Assembly: GCA_009103225.1 (NCBI GenBank)
Contig: RHPI01002090.1
Location: 892,414-956,413 of the forward strand
Source: Chlorokybus atmophyticus
Lineage: Eukaryota > Plantae > Mesostigma and Chlorokybus algae
Direction of reading: 5' to 3'
Length of the DNA: 64,000 bases
The notes under the pieces were generated by a model. That model did not search any database. It saw only the letters and a list, made by a program, of their open reading frames with translations, and was not told where the DNA came from. The position numbers and the translations under genes are program-made. Positions 1-12,780 of the stretch are shown here, piece after piece. Position 1 is the stretch's first letter. Each line of letters begins with the position of its first letter.

Positions 1-933
1 ACTGGCAGTTTGACATGGATGACTTGAAGATAGCAGGGAAGTCGGTCGGCGTGTGCAAGGGTCGCCGAGGTGGTTGCGCCGCAATCGCGGACACAGGCAC
101 TTCATTGCTGGTCGGACCCTCTATCATTGTGGCGGAGATCAACAAGCAGATCGGAGCTCGCAGCCTTGTCGCCCAGGAATGCCGTGATTACGTCGACACG
201 TACGCTGCTCAGATCCTGGATGCCCTAGACAAGGACGTGGACCCAGAGAAAGTAAGGATAGATCTGGGATCCACGCTGCAACGGTTTTGTGATGGATGCA
301 TGCTTTGTGATGGCCATGCAGCTATTGTACTATTGTGTTCTTGGCTGTGGTTTGACTGGTTCTGATAGCTCCGCACGCTGCATTTGAAACAGGTGTGCGA
401 TGAGATTGGCCTCTGTCCCGCTGCACGTATCATCCGCTTGCGTACCGCTGTAGTGGGTCATGACGACCGCAAGTGCGCAATGTGCGAGGCAGCAGTCCAG
501 TTCCTGAAGGTCAAGCTGGACGACAACTACACCCGCGAGGAGATGCTGGTTATGCTGGATGGCTACTGCGACTCGCTTCCCAGTCCCGGCGGCCAGGCCG
601 TCGTGGACTGCGCCAAGATTCCGCAGATGCCGGGCATCGCGTTCACGCTGGGCGGCCGGGACTTCAACCTGACAGCCGATCAGTATGTGCTGCAGCTGTC
701 GGCGTTTGGGCAAACGCAGTGCATAAGCGGGTTCATTGGACTGGACATTCCACCTCCCGCTGGGCCTTTGTGGATTCTTGGTGATGGTAAGTTCAAGCTG
801 GTGCAGTTTCATTGCCACTGCATTGCTACAAGGTGCATGCTAACTGTTGTGGTTTGGTGCAGTGTTCCTTGGTGCGTACCATTCTGTTTTTGACTTTGGC
901 AACCTGCGCGTGGGCTTTGCCAAGGCCGCTTAG
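1..933 (+). CDS. Phytepsin-type A1 aspartic protease with saposin-like plant-specific insert, 3' part (gene starts before window)
   Basis: Exons ~1-251, 393-786, 863-933 with GT-AG introns. WQFDMDD, second catalytic motif IADTGTSLL, PSI (QECRDYV..CDEIGLC..CAMCEAAV..YCDSLP), [28 protein letters not shown]. Confidence 0.95.
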
Positions 934-1884
934 ATTGCAGCTGTTGCGACCACACTTCTCTGTACCATAGAAAAGGCTCAAAAGGACAGCATGTAAATGG
1001 TTTGCGTGTAGCATTAGTAGGCGACATGTGGTTGCTGTGTCTGTAAACCAGCGCTTTTTGCGTAAGCACTTTTTTGCTGCAAGTGGACTTTGCAGCCGAC
1101 TGGCTGTTCACCAATGCATGAATGTTGTACCCACAACATGTACCACAGTGTTTGCACAACTCGGCATACCTTCATCAGCAACAGTGGCTTTCGCAAGAGG
1201 TCGTATGAGAGGTTTGTATTGCAGTCTTACAAACGGGCCCCTTGGTAATAATTGAGGTCGCAGGCAGTTTGGTCTCTGCTGGCATCTTTACCTAGCCGCC
1301 AAGCTTGCATGTGTACTATGTTGGATTCATATTCATACGCAAAGCATGATGTATGTGCTTTGTACGTGATTGCCAAAAACATGGTGGAAGAGTCATCTTC
1401 ATGTAGGACAGTTGTTCGCAGACACAGGTGAGATGGGATCAAGACGTCCATGCCAAGCACTATGCATAGTAGCCGGCAGAGTTGTATTCGTGATGCCGCA
1501 CGCAAGTGACATATGCCAACTTTTCTCAAAGCGCTAGCTTGGTGAGCAGATGTCCAAAAGTTTATCGGCAGTATTTGTGCTGAGATCGTCACACTCTTGA
1601 CGTGAATCGTGAATCCTACGGATGGCCGTTGCTGCAAGGCAAGTTGCATCACCTTTGTAAAATATCTCGGAGCCAACCACGACTACCTCGCAATGCACAG
1701 CAGTGCATCACTGCGCCAGTCGAGGTCAGAGGCAGCCTGTCCTTTGGGATGGCAGACACACCAAAGGATCCAGCCATGTTGCAAACAAGCCCTTACTGCT
1801 CGCACTTGTTGACACAAGTGTTGTTCAAGATTATCATACATCACATGTACATGTGAGACAACCCGGCTAGCTGCAGTCAGTAGT

Positions 1885-3129
1885 TTATTGCTCAATCATA
1901 GTAGAGGGGCGGGTCGATTCAGCAGCGAAGGCGCGCGCAGCCAGCATGGACGCGTCCACCCCGGCGCCATCCTCGGGTTCCTCCTCCAGCATCACAACCG
2001 TCTCTTCCCGCAGCAGCTGCTCCCACCGCGTGCGTGCCCCTTCATCTCGCAGCGCTGACTCGTTCATCACCCGCTGAATGGTTGCAACTGCCACAATTTT
2101 ATTAGCAGCAATGGATCAACGCACACACCAACATTGCAACAAACACTCCACTCACTGAGTGTATGGCTCTCCTTCAAGGCTGCACCGAGGGCAGTATCCC
2201 CGCCCGGGCAGTTGTTGACCAACGCATTGATGTCTAAACGGTCAACGTGTCGCTGCAGGTCCTGCACATGCGCGCGTCAAGGGGTTGGCAACGCATGTGG
2301 CAAGGGAAGGAGACAGTTTATACAGCTATGACACCACCACAAAACACGCTTACCGCATACTGCCGGTATCGCTCTTTGGCAGCGCGCGCTTCCGCCGTCA
2401 CTGCCTCAACCCTTGAGCGCAACTCAGCATACCTGGTGCAACATGGGGAGTAACCTCCAAACGCGTCAATATAACATTTGACGACAACAACAACAACAAC
2501 AACAGTAGCAGTCCTGACGCTCACACCTCGAGCGCTTAGCTGCCGTGGCGGGATTGTTGTGCGGCCACTCTGCAGGGAATTGCTCGACAGACAGCCTGCA
2601 AGCCAAACAGCAACGATGAGCCAACAACAACAGCCATCAACACATGGAAAACCAGTGAGGCACTGACTGTGCTGCCGGCGGCAATCGAGGAGAGGTTGTT
2701 GTAGTTGCTGTTGTTGTTGTCGCTTCTCCTCTTTCTCGGGCAGCTGCGTGCTCCTCATACAGATCCCTAAGATCCCTCAGCACCGCGCGCTGAGAGGTCC
2801 GCCCAAGAAACCGCTGCCTCTCCCTCGCCCCCACCTCATGCACTTCACGCAGAGACAGTGAGTCACTGCACAATCGAGTGCGAGACACGCAACAGCATGT
2901 GAGACTCACAACATCCCGCACCTTGCTTGAGTGCGTGGAGTAGGTCCGCCCGCGACAGTGTTCGTAGTATGCGTCGGCGGTCGTGGTCCGAACCGCAGCG
3001 GCGGAGAGCCTCCTCGGGGGTGAGCTCCTGAGATGCTACGCGCGCAGCACGAGAGACAAGGGACTCGTCCGAAGCCGCGAGCTGTTGGGCTGTGGCACCG
3101 CCAAGCAAAGAGTCTCTTGGCTCAGACAT
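1885..3129 (-). CDS. Coiled-coil protein resembling kinetochore CCAN subunit Fta4/Nkp1
   Basis: Splicable model of ~5 exons (3129-2922, ~2845-2668, 2432-2354, ~2261-2156, ~2087-1885). LVSRAARVASQELTP..LLHALKQVHEVGARERQRF..QRAVLRDLRDLYEEH..YAELRSRVEAV..KERYRQYADLQRHVDRL..NALVNN..DTALGAALKESHTLIATI follows the remembered FTA4 family pattern in order. Two junctions are uncertain. Confidence 0.55.
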
Positions 3130-3651
3130 TCACCTTCCTCGCGCATGCAGCAGCACTGTGTGCGCAAAGTCAGCAGCGCAGCATGAGCACCAGGGGGGCG
3201 GCTGCTCTACAGTAGTTCAAATTAGACGAATACAAACGGCTGTAGTGTTGTTGTTGTTGTTGTGGTGGTGGTTGGCAGCAGCATGCAACAGAAGCGCGAC
3301 TTTGTGTGATGTTACCATGGGCAGTGCAGGCGAGGCAAGCGTAGGCCAACATGCATTGCTCCGCTGCTCATCTCCGCTCGCAAGCAACGTTGCTTGCATG
3401 CAGACGCAAAGCACGCAGATGACAAAGGTATGCAGTCAGCTGACGCGGAGGACAGCAGCGCATACCGTCAACAACACTCTCGGCATGCAACACAACATGG
3501 GCTCCACCAGCCAACATGATGTGTCACGCAGCACAGCACCGTCGCTGCTGCAGCCCGCTGTGCACGCCCACCAGCGGCAACTCCCCACCTCGGCTGACCC
3601 TACTCGCCACAAACCGACCGCCCCCGGTAAGCCCGACCCCCACTCGCCGTC

Positions 3652-3685
<34 letters not shown>

Positions 3686-3899
3686 CGCCCGAGCACACAG
3701 GCGGCTAGTCGCCAGGCCTGGATCCGGTTCCTCGCAGACGAGACGAGAGAGTGGCGAGAGAGAAATGGCGCGCGCGGGAAAATGCAAGACAAGCACAGTG
3801 GGATGTGAGAGGGCGTTGGTGCTGTGGCGGCGGCGGCGGCGGCGGTGGCGTAGGAGGAGCAGGAGGAGGAGGAGGCGGAGCCGGAGACGCCATTCGGAT

Positions 3900-5730
3900 A
3901 TGGCGGCGGTTGTGGTGGCGTCGCCGGCTGGGGCGGTCAAGCGGGTGCAGGCAGTCAAGCGCAAGCCGCAGGTGGGGAGGGTTGCCGGGGACGGGATCCG
4001 TCAACGGATCTTGCAAATGGCAATGCAATGCATCTGCCAAGTACACTGCCCCCGATGTTTGCCATGACATGGGCAGCTCAGCTCGCATGGATGCCGACGC
4101 ATGTGTCACGCAATAGGGACAGTGCATGCTCTCTTCTTGCGTTGTGTCGTGCTTTACAAATGCGCGTTGTACACAACATGCACCACCTTGCAACATCAGT
4201 TGGCACAGAGGCCGCACGCACATCTCAATGCACGTCGCAACGATCGCAACCATGCCGTGCCAGCCATGTACAGTACCACCAGTTTACAGCGCCACCACCA
4301 CCACCACCACTTCAACATCAATAATACATAACGACGTATGTTTATGTGTGCTGTGTGCAGGCGTACTACGATGAGCTTGTGTGCGGTCGGTGCCAGCGCG
4401 GTGACGACGAGGAGTGGATGCTCGTCTGCGATGGCTGCGACGCCGGCCGCCACACCTTCTGCCTCACCCCTCTGCTCCCCCGCGTGCCCTCCGGCCCCTG
4501 GCTCTGCCCCTCATGCTGCTCACCCTCATCCAACCCACCCTCCTCCTCCTCCTCCTCCTCATTATCATCAACATCATCTCATTATCCAACTCCACCTCCT
4601 CCGCTCAAGCAAAGCCACATATACGACTTCTTTCGGATCACACGCCCACGTCACAAGGTAGACCACTGTGGCTGCAGCGACGATGTTGGTGATGCGCGAG
4701 GCGTGTCCACATCAACACAGGACGACGACGAGAAGATCGACACGTGTGGGAGGAAGTTGGGGATGAGGAAGAGGAGGAGGAGGTCCTCGCTGTTGACGGT
4801 GATGAAGAAGAGGCGTGCGCTGGTGTTGCACAGGCCGACGGCGGATGATGGTAGAAGGCTTGCGCAGATGGCGTCGCTGGCGAGGGCGCTGCAGGCCGTG
4901 GGCGCGCGCTACATCCACGACGACATATACTGTGATGACGGCCTCGACGGCACTGCCAACCTTGCATCGCGCGCGGACAACAGGCCTGAACGAGAGATTG
5001 GAGGCATGCAGGTGGGAATGTGTGTCGCATATTGGTGATGCTGGTGGTGGTGGTGGTGGCGTGTGTATGTTGGTGTCTTTGGCTGAAATGTCTTTGTGGG
5101 TTTTGGGCACGCTTTACAGGTGATGAGCAGAGATGATGCGCACACGTTTGAGAGGTTCAGGGAGCTGCACAGAGAAGGAAAGATGACACCACTGATAGTC
5201 ACGCACGATGCTCGCGAAGGGTAAGAGCGCGCATGCTGTTGGGCTACACCTACGCGCACTTAGCAGATCAATCACTCCTTCAAAAAGTCATCAAGCCGAG
5301 TACTGGTGTCTCATATGAACCGACTAACATTGCCTGATTTGTGCTTGCGCTTGGCAGGTATGTTGTACAGGCGGACGCGCACATAGCGGACATGACGATA
5401 GTGGCGCAGTACGTTGGTGAGGTGGACGTGCTCAAGCGGCGCAAGTACGACGAGGGCGACAGCATGATGGACCTATTGAGGACGGGCAGCGAGTCCACGA
5501 GCCTGGTGGTGTGCGCCAACAGGCACTGCGGCGTGGCGCGCTTCATCAGCGGCATCAACAACACTTGCAGGGACGCCCGCAGGAAGATCAACCTGCGCAG
5601 CGCCAGGTTCAATGTCGGGGGAAGGGCGATCGTGCTGCTGATTGCCATCAGGGACATCGCGCAGGGCGAACGGCTGTATTATGATTACAATGCACTCGTG
5701 TCGGAGTACCCAACACAGCACTTTGTATGA
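3900..5730 (+). CDS. ATXR5/6: ATXR5/ATXR6-type H3K27 monomethyltransferase (PHD + PIP box + SET)
   Basis: Exons 3900-3971, 4361-5011, 5120-5220, 5358-5730. PHD finger CGRCQRGDDEEWMLVCDGCDAGRHTFC..WLCPSC, PIP box QSHIYDFF, SET domain ARFISGINN..LYYDYN..YPTQHFV*. Confidence 0.93.
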
Positions 5731-6859
5731 TAGGCACTGCACAGTAGCAGCATTGATTATTATCATTGATGCACCTATAGACAGCAGAGCGCATTTCCTG
5801 ACGTGTGACGTTCTTATACTTGTAGTAAAAATATACCTGCCTTGCACCACAGCATGTATTACGTGCAGTGTATCTGCGACTTTGTCACGCCGCACATGGT
5901 ATTGCACGACTTCACAATGTTTGTGCGGGAAGCAGTGTCTGAAGCATGGATTCGGCACTGCCAAAATGGTTGTGTTGTTGTTGAATTACAGACTTGCGCC
6001 AGACATGTTCGTGCACATGTACTCTGTCGTATTGCTCATTTACATAGGCAAGACTGAGTGACTGACTGACTAACACGCTCAGTCAACTAATGCCGCTGAC
6101 AACACAGGTGGTGTGTGTGCTGTGCGGGTGGAGGAGGTGGGAATGCTTATGTACATGTTAAACATACAGAAGTGGTCTCACTTCTGCTCATACCTTGTTG
6201 TTATGCTCTTGCACTTGTGCCCACTGGAACAGGCAGTGTGATACGTACCTATGGGAGCACCTCACAGGCTTTGAATTAAGACATCGCACACGTAATGCCC
6301 AGTACTTGTACACTACAACCTTCTGATGTCACAATACGCTGGGAACAAAGCACCTTTCTCCCAGTGCACTGGCAGAGGAGCTGGTGAAGTGCAAACCGGA
6401 CTTTGATTGTGGCCCTAAGTCGTTGCAATAGAGCAATGTTGCTGCGCCAGCATGGCGTGCATCCACTGCGCCAGCCGGATGCCCTGGGCCTTACTTAAGA
6501 ATCCCAATCGGACAGCCAAGCTACCTACAGACTGAGCGATGCATCTTTGCAGAAACCATCATCTGCTATGCACGTCCACCTCAACTTTTCTTGGGCTAGA
6601 GACACTGCTTCACGCACAAGCCAGGCTCCAGCAGGGTGTCTCAAACCGTCCACCAACTGGAAAATCGATACACCTGCATGCACCAAAGTCGTCAGTTTAT
6701 GTCGCCAACAAACACAAGCCAAGCTCCACGCAACGCAACAAGCCATTGAAGTGCTGCAGACGAAGTGCTTACTTGAGTGCTGCTTTGGAGCAGCATGCAT
6801 GCCTCCCAGCATAGGCGACAATCTCTGCCAGCGCTGCTGCTTGCAAGGACAAACGGGAA

Positions 6860-9621
6860 CTACTGCTTCTTCACCTTGCGCTTCAGCGACTTCACCAACT
6901 CACTCAACTCAGTCTTCTGCGTACGAGTTGAAGGCTGCACTGCCTCCGTGCTGCGGGGCTGCACGGGCAGAGTAGGCTCCTCTGTTGGCGCGGCACGCTT
7001 CTTTTTTTCATGCAGGATCGCTAACTGGCCGCGCGTCTTAGTGAACTGCGGGTTGGTCGGATCCAGCGAGAAATGATGAGAAGAGAATAGGGAGGCAAAG
7101 CGAGGATCAGCAACGTCAACGTTGAAGTCATCTTTGGCAGCCTCATCGTCGGCACGCTTTCCGTTTGCGTCTTTCTTCTTGCGCTGCTTGTCCCTCTTCA
7201 GGTTGTACCCCTTCACTCCGTCACCGCCAGCAGCCTCATCCAGCATGAGGAGTTCCAGCTCTGCGCGCTGCTTGGCAGCTGCCTCCTTCTCCTCCCGCGC
7301 AACCCCCTTCTTCTTTCTCTTTGGCTCTGTGGGCTTCTTTGCTCGAGGGGCCTCCTCATCCTCAACATCTGCAGTGTCAACAGAGGTGAAGAAGGGGTCG
7401 TCAAATGGATCGCCTCCAGTTGCCTCGGCAGCTGGCGCATCAGCGTCCTCATCCGAGACGTCATCTACAGCCTGGCCCTGCTTTCTCAGCTTCTTCTTTT
7501 CTTTCCGTTTCCGCAAGTACGCATCCCACACAGTCTCTGTGGCCTGCCGCTCTTTCTCCTGCTGCTTCTTAGCGACTCGTTCTGCCAGCTCGTCCAGCCC
7601 TGTGTTAAAAGTAATTTCCACATCCTCTTTTTCATCTGCGCTGTCGCCATCATCGGCGTTGTCGCCCTTCAACAGCAAGGCTCGGTACTTCTCCGCTAGA
7701 CCACTGTTGCCTGTGGAAGGCTCTGCAGCCTCCGGATCTTCAGGAGCCTCATCATCGCTGCTGGAAGCAAGATAGGCATTCACGTCCATGTCGTTCAACT
7801 GCGGACAACCAATACATGAGGACCGTTTCATCTGACAATCTGCTATTCAGAACCTGGAGGCTTGCATTGACTAAGCAACTTGCAGAGCCTGAATACCTGT
7901 TCTTCTGTCAGCTTGCGCCGAAAGACTTGCGAGCGCTGCGCGTCATCCTGATCCCAGGTGAGCTTTACTTTGTTGTGCTGGAGGGCGCGTGTAAAAAACT
8001 GAGGCGCTTGGTAGTTGGCAGGCAGCTCAGTTGCTGTATCGCGGGGTGTCCGCTCGAACGCCAAGTCCTCGGGCACGTAGCGCAGGTCTAGCACATTGGA
8101 TGACCGTTCGAACTCTCGGCCATCGCACTCCCTGTACAACGTGCTCCCAGTCTCTACTGAATCGCACTCCACAACAGCAAAGTAGTACCGCATTTTCTGC
8201 TTCTCATATGCTCGCAACCGCTCATTGTCCAACCCATCGTCTTCAGTGTTTTTTCCAGGCACAGCTTGATCGTCGTCATGATCGCCATCATCATTGTCAT
8301 CATCATCATCATCATCATCGTCACTGGAGGTCTGTTCTTCGCCATCAAAGACAGCTTGAGGTCCATGTAACTCTTCCTCTTTCATCCGCTGTGCCCCAAA
8401 CTCAGACGGGTACACTGTCACGGACTGTATATGGCCGCCTTTTGGCACAAATGATCTAAGCACTGCAAAGATGTCGACGGCCTGTGTAACAAATGCCACA
8501 CTGAGGTGACATAACTAACTGGCGACATCAGCAACCTCCCATGCCCATGCCAAAGCGGTGACAACGTACCCGAATGTGATCCCAGTCAAGGTTGACAACA
8601 GCCAGGCGATGAGTAGCATCAATCTCAGGAATGCTGCCAGGTTCTTCAGACTGCACAAAAGCGTGTCATGGCTGTAAATGGACGGTGGTCTCATCAGGCG
8701 ATCCCATAGTTCATCTTGCAAGGCTGCTTTAAACAAAACCAGTAGCGTGCAACGCAGTGACAGCACGCTGGCAACCAAACAACGTAATGCGAGCGGTAGT
8801 ATCAGCCTTGATGTACAACTTGTTTTAAACGTACATGACAAGGTAATGGACGACTTGTTCATCTTGCAGCGTTTCCCTGTGCGCTCAAGTGCATGCCTAA
8901 CATAATTGCATGCATGCGTGACATGAAGCCATGCATGCCTGCAGAATTGCATGAGTATATATATGGTTGACTGACATGTATGCATGCATGCATACATGTC
9001 AATCAACCTGGGGTGCATTTTCTCACATGAATTACCAATGTGCACAACTCGCTTGCATCCCAGTAGCAAGCTCACCTCCCCAGGCGTAGCTGCCTCAGCT
9101 ACATCCTCGTCCTCCTCTTCTGACGACGACGACTCTGCATTCCACTCAGCACCGAGCTTAGCCCAGCGCTGCTGCAGCATGTCCTCATTCGGAGCGTCGA
9201 CAGCACGCCTCGCCTTGTTTTTGATTGCAGGCCTTACGCTCTCATCAGGAGAAGCGATATCCTCGTCCTTGGCCGCAATGTCTTTCTTCTCATCCTCCTC
9301 CTCGTCCTCCTCCCTGATCTTATAGTACCGTCGCAGGTTTTCCCCTTTGCTTGCGGCAGCTTGCTTCCGACCTCGCTTGTCCACAGCAAACTTGGGCTGG
9401 AATTTGGAATCCTTGAACATGCCGGCGAAGCGCTCATCCACCTGCAGCTTGCTCCTGTTCTTGGGAAACCGCTGGAAGCGGGGGTCCGTGTGCACCCGCT
9501 TAAACCGCTCGTCCTGCACGAGCTCAGCACTCCTTGCTCCCCCCCCTCCGTCGCCATCCTCCCTGTCCCTCTTTCTCCTCCGACCAACAACCCTCCCCCC
9601 GGCCTCCGCACCCTCCGTCAT
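6860..9621 (-). CDS. ESF1: Pre-rRNA-processing protein ESF1 homolog
   Basis: Exons 9621-9076, 8650-8570, 8481-7897, 7798-6860. N-terminal DERF..TDPRF, THRLAVVNLDWDHIRAVD, YPSEFG, YYFAVVECDS, LDLRYVP, and C-terminal NUC153 motif DPRFASLFSSHHFSLDPTNPQF. Confidence 0.95.
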
Positions 9622-10568
9622 GCCGCCACCTTTCCCTCCTCCTCCTCCTCCTCCTCCTCCTCCACCGCCGCCGCCGCACAGTCACCAAGCTTGCCGCGGC
9701 ATACAATGCTTCGCATGCAAGCTGACGGCGCAGCGCGGTACGGGAGACTTTTGTCCAATGTGCCGTGCCTATCGTCCTGCCTGTGCTGCCTGTGTGTCAG
9801 ACCAATCTTCCCGCCGTCGCGCTTTCCAGCTGGAGGGACCGCGGGCTGGACCCGGTGCATCGTGACCGTCGGGCATCAAGGCACAAATGCTGCAGCCGTC
9901 GATGATGTGTGGTGTCCGATCAGCATGCCATGCCACGGCACCCCCTTGTTGAAATTGGTCTCGACCTGCTCGACTTGATTGATGTGGTACGTGAACTAAT
10001 CAGTCCATGCACTTTGATCTAGGTGATTCACCCGCCCCACAGTGCCTCAATTAGGTTGATTCTGAACAAGTCTCAGTTTTGCGCGAACTTCTATTGTTGC
10101 CGAACATGTTCGCTCCAACAGCAGCACAATAACTTCAGTTAGAGTCGCAGAGTTGTTAGCGAATCAAGACATTTGAGACTGCAATAGTCCGGGGGACAGC
10201 CCTGCCGGCAATGCGGTTCTCTCCTCTCGCGCATGTGTGTGTGTGCAGCGCAGGGTGGCATTAGGGTGGGTGGTAGGTAGGCGTAGGTGCTGGCAGCAGC
10301 AGCCTCTGTGGGTACAGTGTGTATGTGTGTGAGTGCGAGCACTGCGGCGGTAACAACTGCTTGAAGCCGAGACTGTGTGTGCCTTGGGGCTGGTGTTATG
10401 CTGCTTGGCTTGATTGCTGTTGTGGGATGCGGCCTGGGGGCGGCTGTGGTTGTTGTTGAAAAGGTTGCAGCCGAGATTCTGCTTGTTGCTGGGTGGCTGG
10501 TGTGCTAGGCTGGTTTTGTGGGCCGAGGAGTGCATGGTACACACCTTGTGGAGTCGGCATTGCTGAAG

Positions 10569-12780
10569 ATGGCTGCAGCGGCTGTAGCTTCCGCAGGAGG
10601 CGACGATGGCCAGGGCACCAAGCCTCAGGCGTCGGAAGCGCAGCCGCAGCCACAGCCCGTACTGCCTCAGTATTCCTCTCCACCTGCTTCCTCTGCGACG
10701 CCCGAGCGGGTGGACAAGGGCCCTGACGCTGTCAAGCTCTTTGTCGGACAGCTGCCCAAAACGATGGTGGAGCGCCAGATCTTCGAGCTGTTCCAGCAGT
10801 GCGGCCAGATCGCTGACCTCAGCATCATCCGAGATCGCGCCACAGGCGTGTCGAGGGGTAGGTCTAAGCTCTGTGCCATTCAGTGTTTAGCTCTCAATAA
10901 CCTGAAGTTGTCTGTCTTGAGTGTAGTGCATTGCGTGCCGTTCTAGCTGGCACTGGTTGCATGTCGAAGGAGATGTAAGTCAGTGCGCTTGTGCAGTGGA
11001 CGCACAATTGGCTACGTTGAGAGATTGACATCTTAATCGCAGGGTGTTGCTTCCTGACATTCACGACCAAAGCGGCTGCAGATCAAGCCATTGCGCTGTT
11101 TCACAACAAACACAAAGTTCTGCCGGTACAACGTCTGTTTGCAGTATCTGTTACCATGTGCATGCCGCCGTACGCACGTTGGGTCTGCTCAGGTAGCATT
11201 CTCACTGCATGCAGATGAGCCAAGCAATGCAAGTGAAGTATGCTGATGGCGAGCTGGAGAAGTTAGAGCACAAGATTTTTGTGGGCATGCTTCCCAAAAC
11301 AGCAACCGAAGACCAGATCATGGAGTTGTTTCGACCGTTTGGGAGAGTACTTGAACTGTCTGTATTGAAAGGTCCCCAGAATGTCAGCAGAGGTACCATC
11401 ACAGCGCTCAACTGTCAACTGCATGCATTGGCTTTGACTCATGGATGCAAGGTTCAATGCAGGTTGTGCTTTTGTAAAATACGAGACCAAAGAGCAAGCA
11501 CAGAGTGCCATCTCAAACATGAATGGATGCAGGCGCATTGAGGTGCTAGTTACACACTGTGTCATACTGCCTGTGCCGCATGCACTCAGCACAGTGCTAA
11601 TAACCGGTTGCACATAGGGCGCTACTTCTGCCATTGTTGTAAAATGGGCTGACACACCACGAGAAAAAGAGCAGCGGCGCATGCAGAAGGCGACAGAAGC
11701 AGCTGCGGCTGTTGTGCACCCGGGGCCAGGGTTTGGACAGCTTAACATGGGTTTTCCGGGCTACCCTTACCCGGCGCAGTCGTTTCCTCCGTTTCCCTTT
11801 CCCCAGGTGTGCACTCCATTCTTGTTTGCATGTGCGAGTTACCTGTAAGCATGCCAAATGACGGTTGATGCTTGATGCTGGCGTGTTGGCACATTTAACT
11901 GAATCGTGTTGTTCTTTTTCTCATGTCAATGGCGTTTTCCTAGGTACCGCCAAACTCTATCAGGCGGATGGCATGCACTGAATTGTTTGAGTCTTGTTCG
12001 TTTGCAAGCGCATGTTCTCAAGTCTGTTGTTTGTATTTGCCTCATTTGTTAAACAGGACTTTCAGATGATGGTGCCTCAGCAACTGCCATCGGGAGCTTT
12101 TACCATGGTACCAGCATCGATCCCTGGTGTGTCAAGTATGCCTGGCATGGCGCAGATGTCTGCACTAAGCTCGCAGCCAGGAGGCATGGTATCACCAGGA
12201 CACGGGATGCTTTCACCTGCACATGGCATGCTGTCACCTGGACATGCGCCAAATTCCCCTTACAACCCGTATGGCACTTACCCTGGCATGTCCCCATCTG
12301 CCCCAGCTGCAGTTAGAGTCCCTCAACTTGAAGGTCTGTGCGCATTGTATGCTCATGTCATGCAAACCTGCTTCCCACATGCTTCCTGTAGTGAAGCGTG
12401 ACTGCATTCAACAGGACCGCCTGGCTGCAACCTGTTCGTGTACCACTTGCCCGCTGAGTTTCAAGATCGGGACCTGACCGTGACATTCTCACCGTTTGGG
12501 AATGTCATCAGTGCCAAGGTGTACATTGACAAAGTTACCGGATTGAGCAAGTGCTTCGGTGAGTGCCCTACACTGTCAGCTTGCTGAGCTCGCAACCCAT
12601 ACTGCGGTGTATGTGCTGCGCTTACCAGGGTTGCCTTGCCCTGCAGGGTTTGTCAGCTTTGACTCGCCGGCATCAGCACAGGCTGCTATTCAAACAATGA
12701 ATGGGTTCACGTTGGGGGGCAAACGCTTGAAAGTTCAGTTGAAGCGCGGCGGTAACGCTGATCAAACAAGACCGTACTGA
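10569..12780 (+). CDS. CELF/Bruno-like (BRN-type) RNA-binding protein with three RRMs
   Basis: RRM1 [18 protein letters not shown]2 [14 protein letters not shown]3 [42 protein letters not shown]. About 8-9 exons. Confidence 0.92.

Noticed and set aside
3436-4253. PolyPro/polyArg/polyAla/polyGly ORFs on both strands, including an antisense ATG 6 bp from the ATXR5 start
   Set aside because: Explained by GCC/GGA triplet repeats in the divergent promoter/UTR. No domain content, and they stop early.
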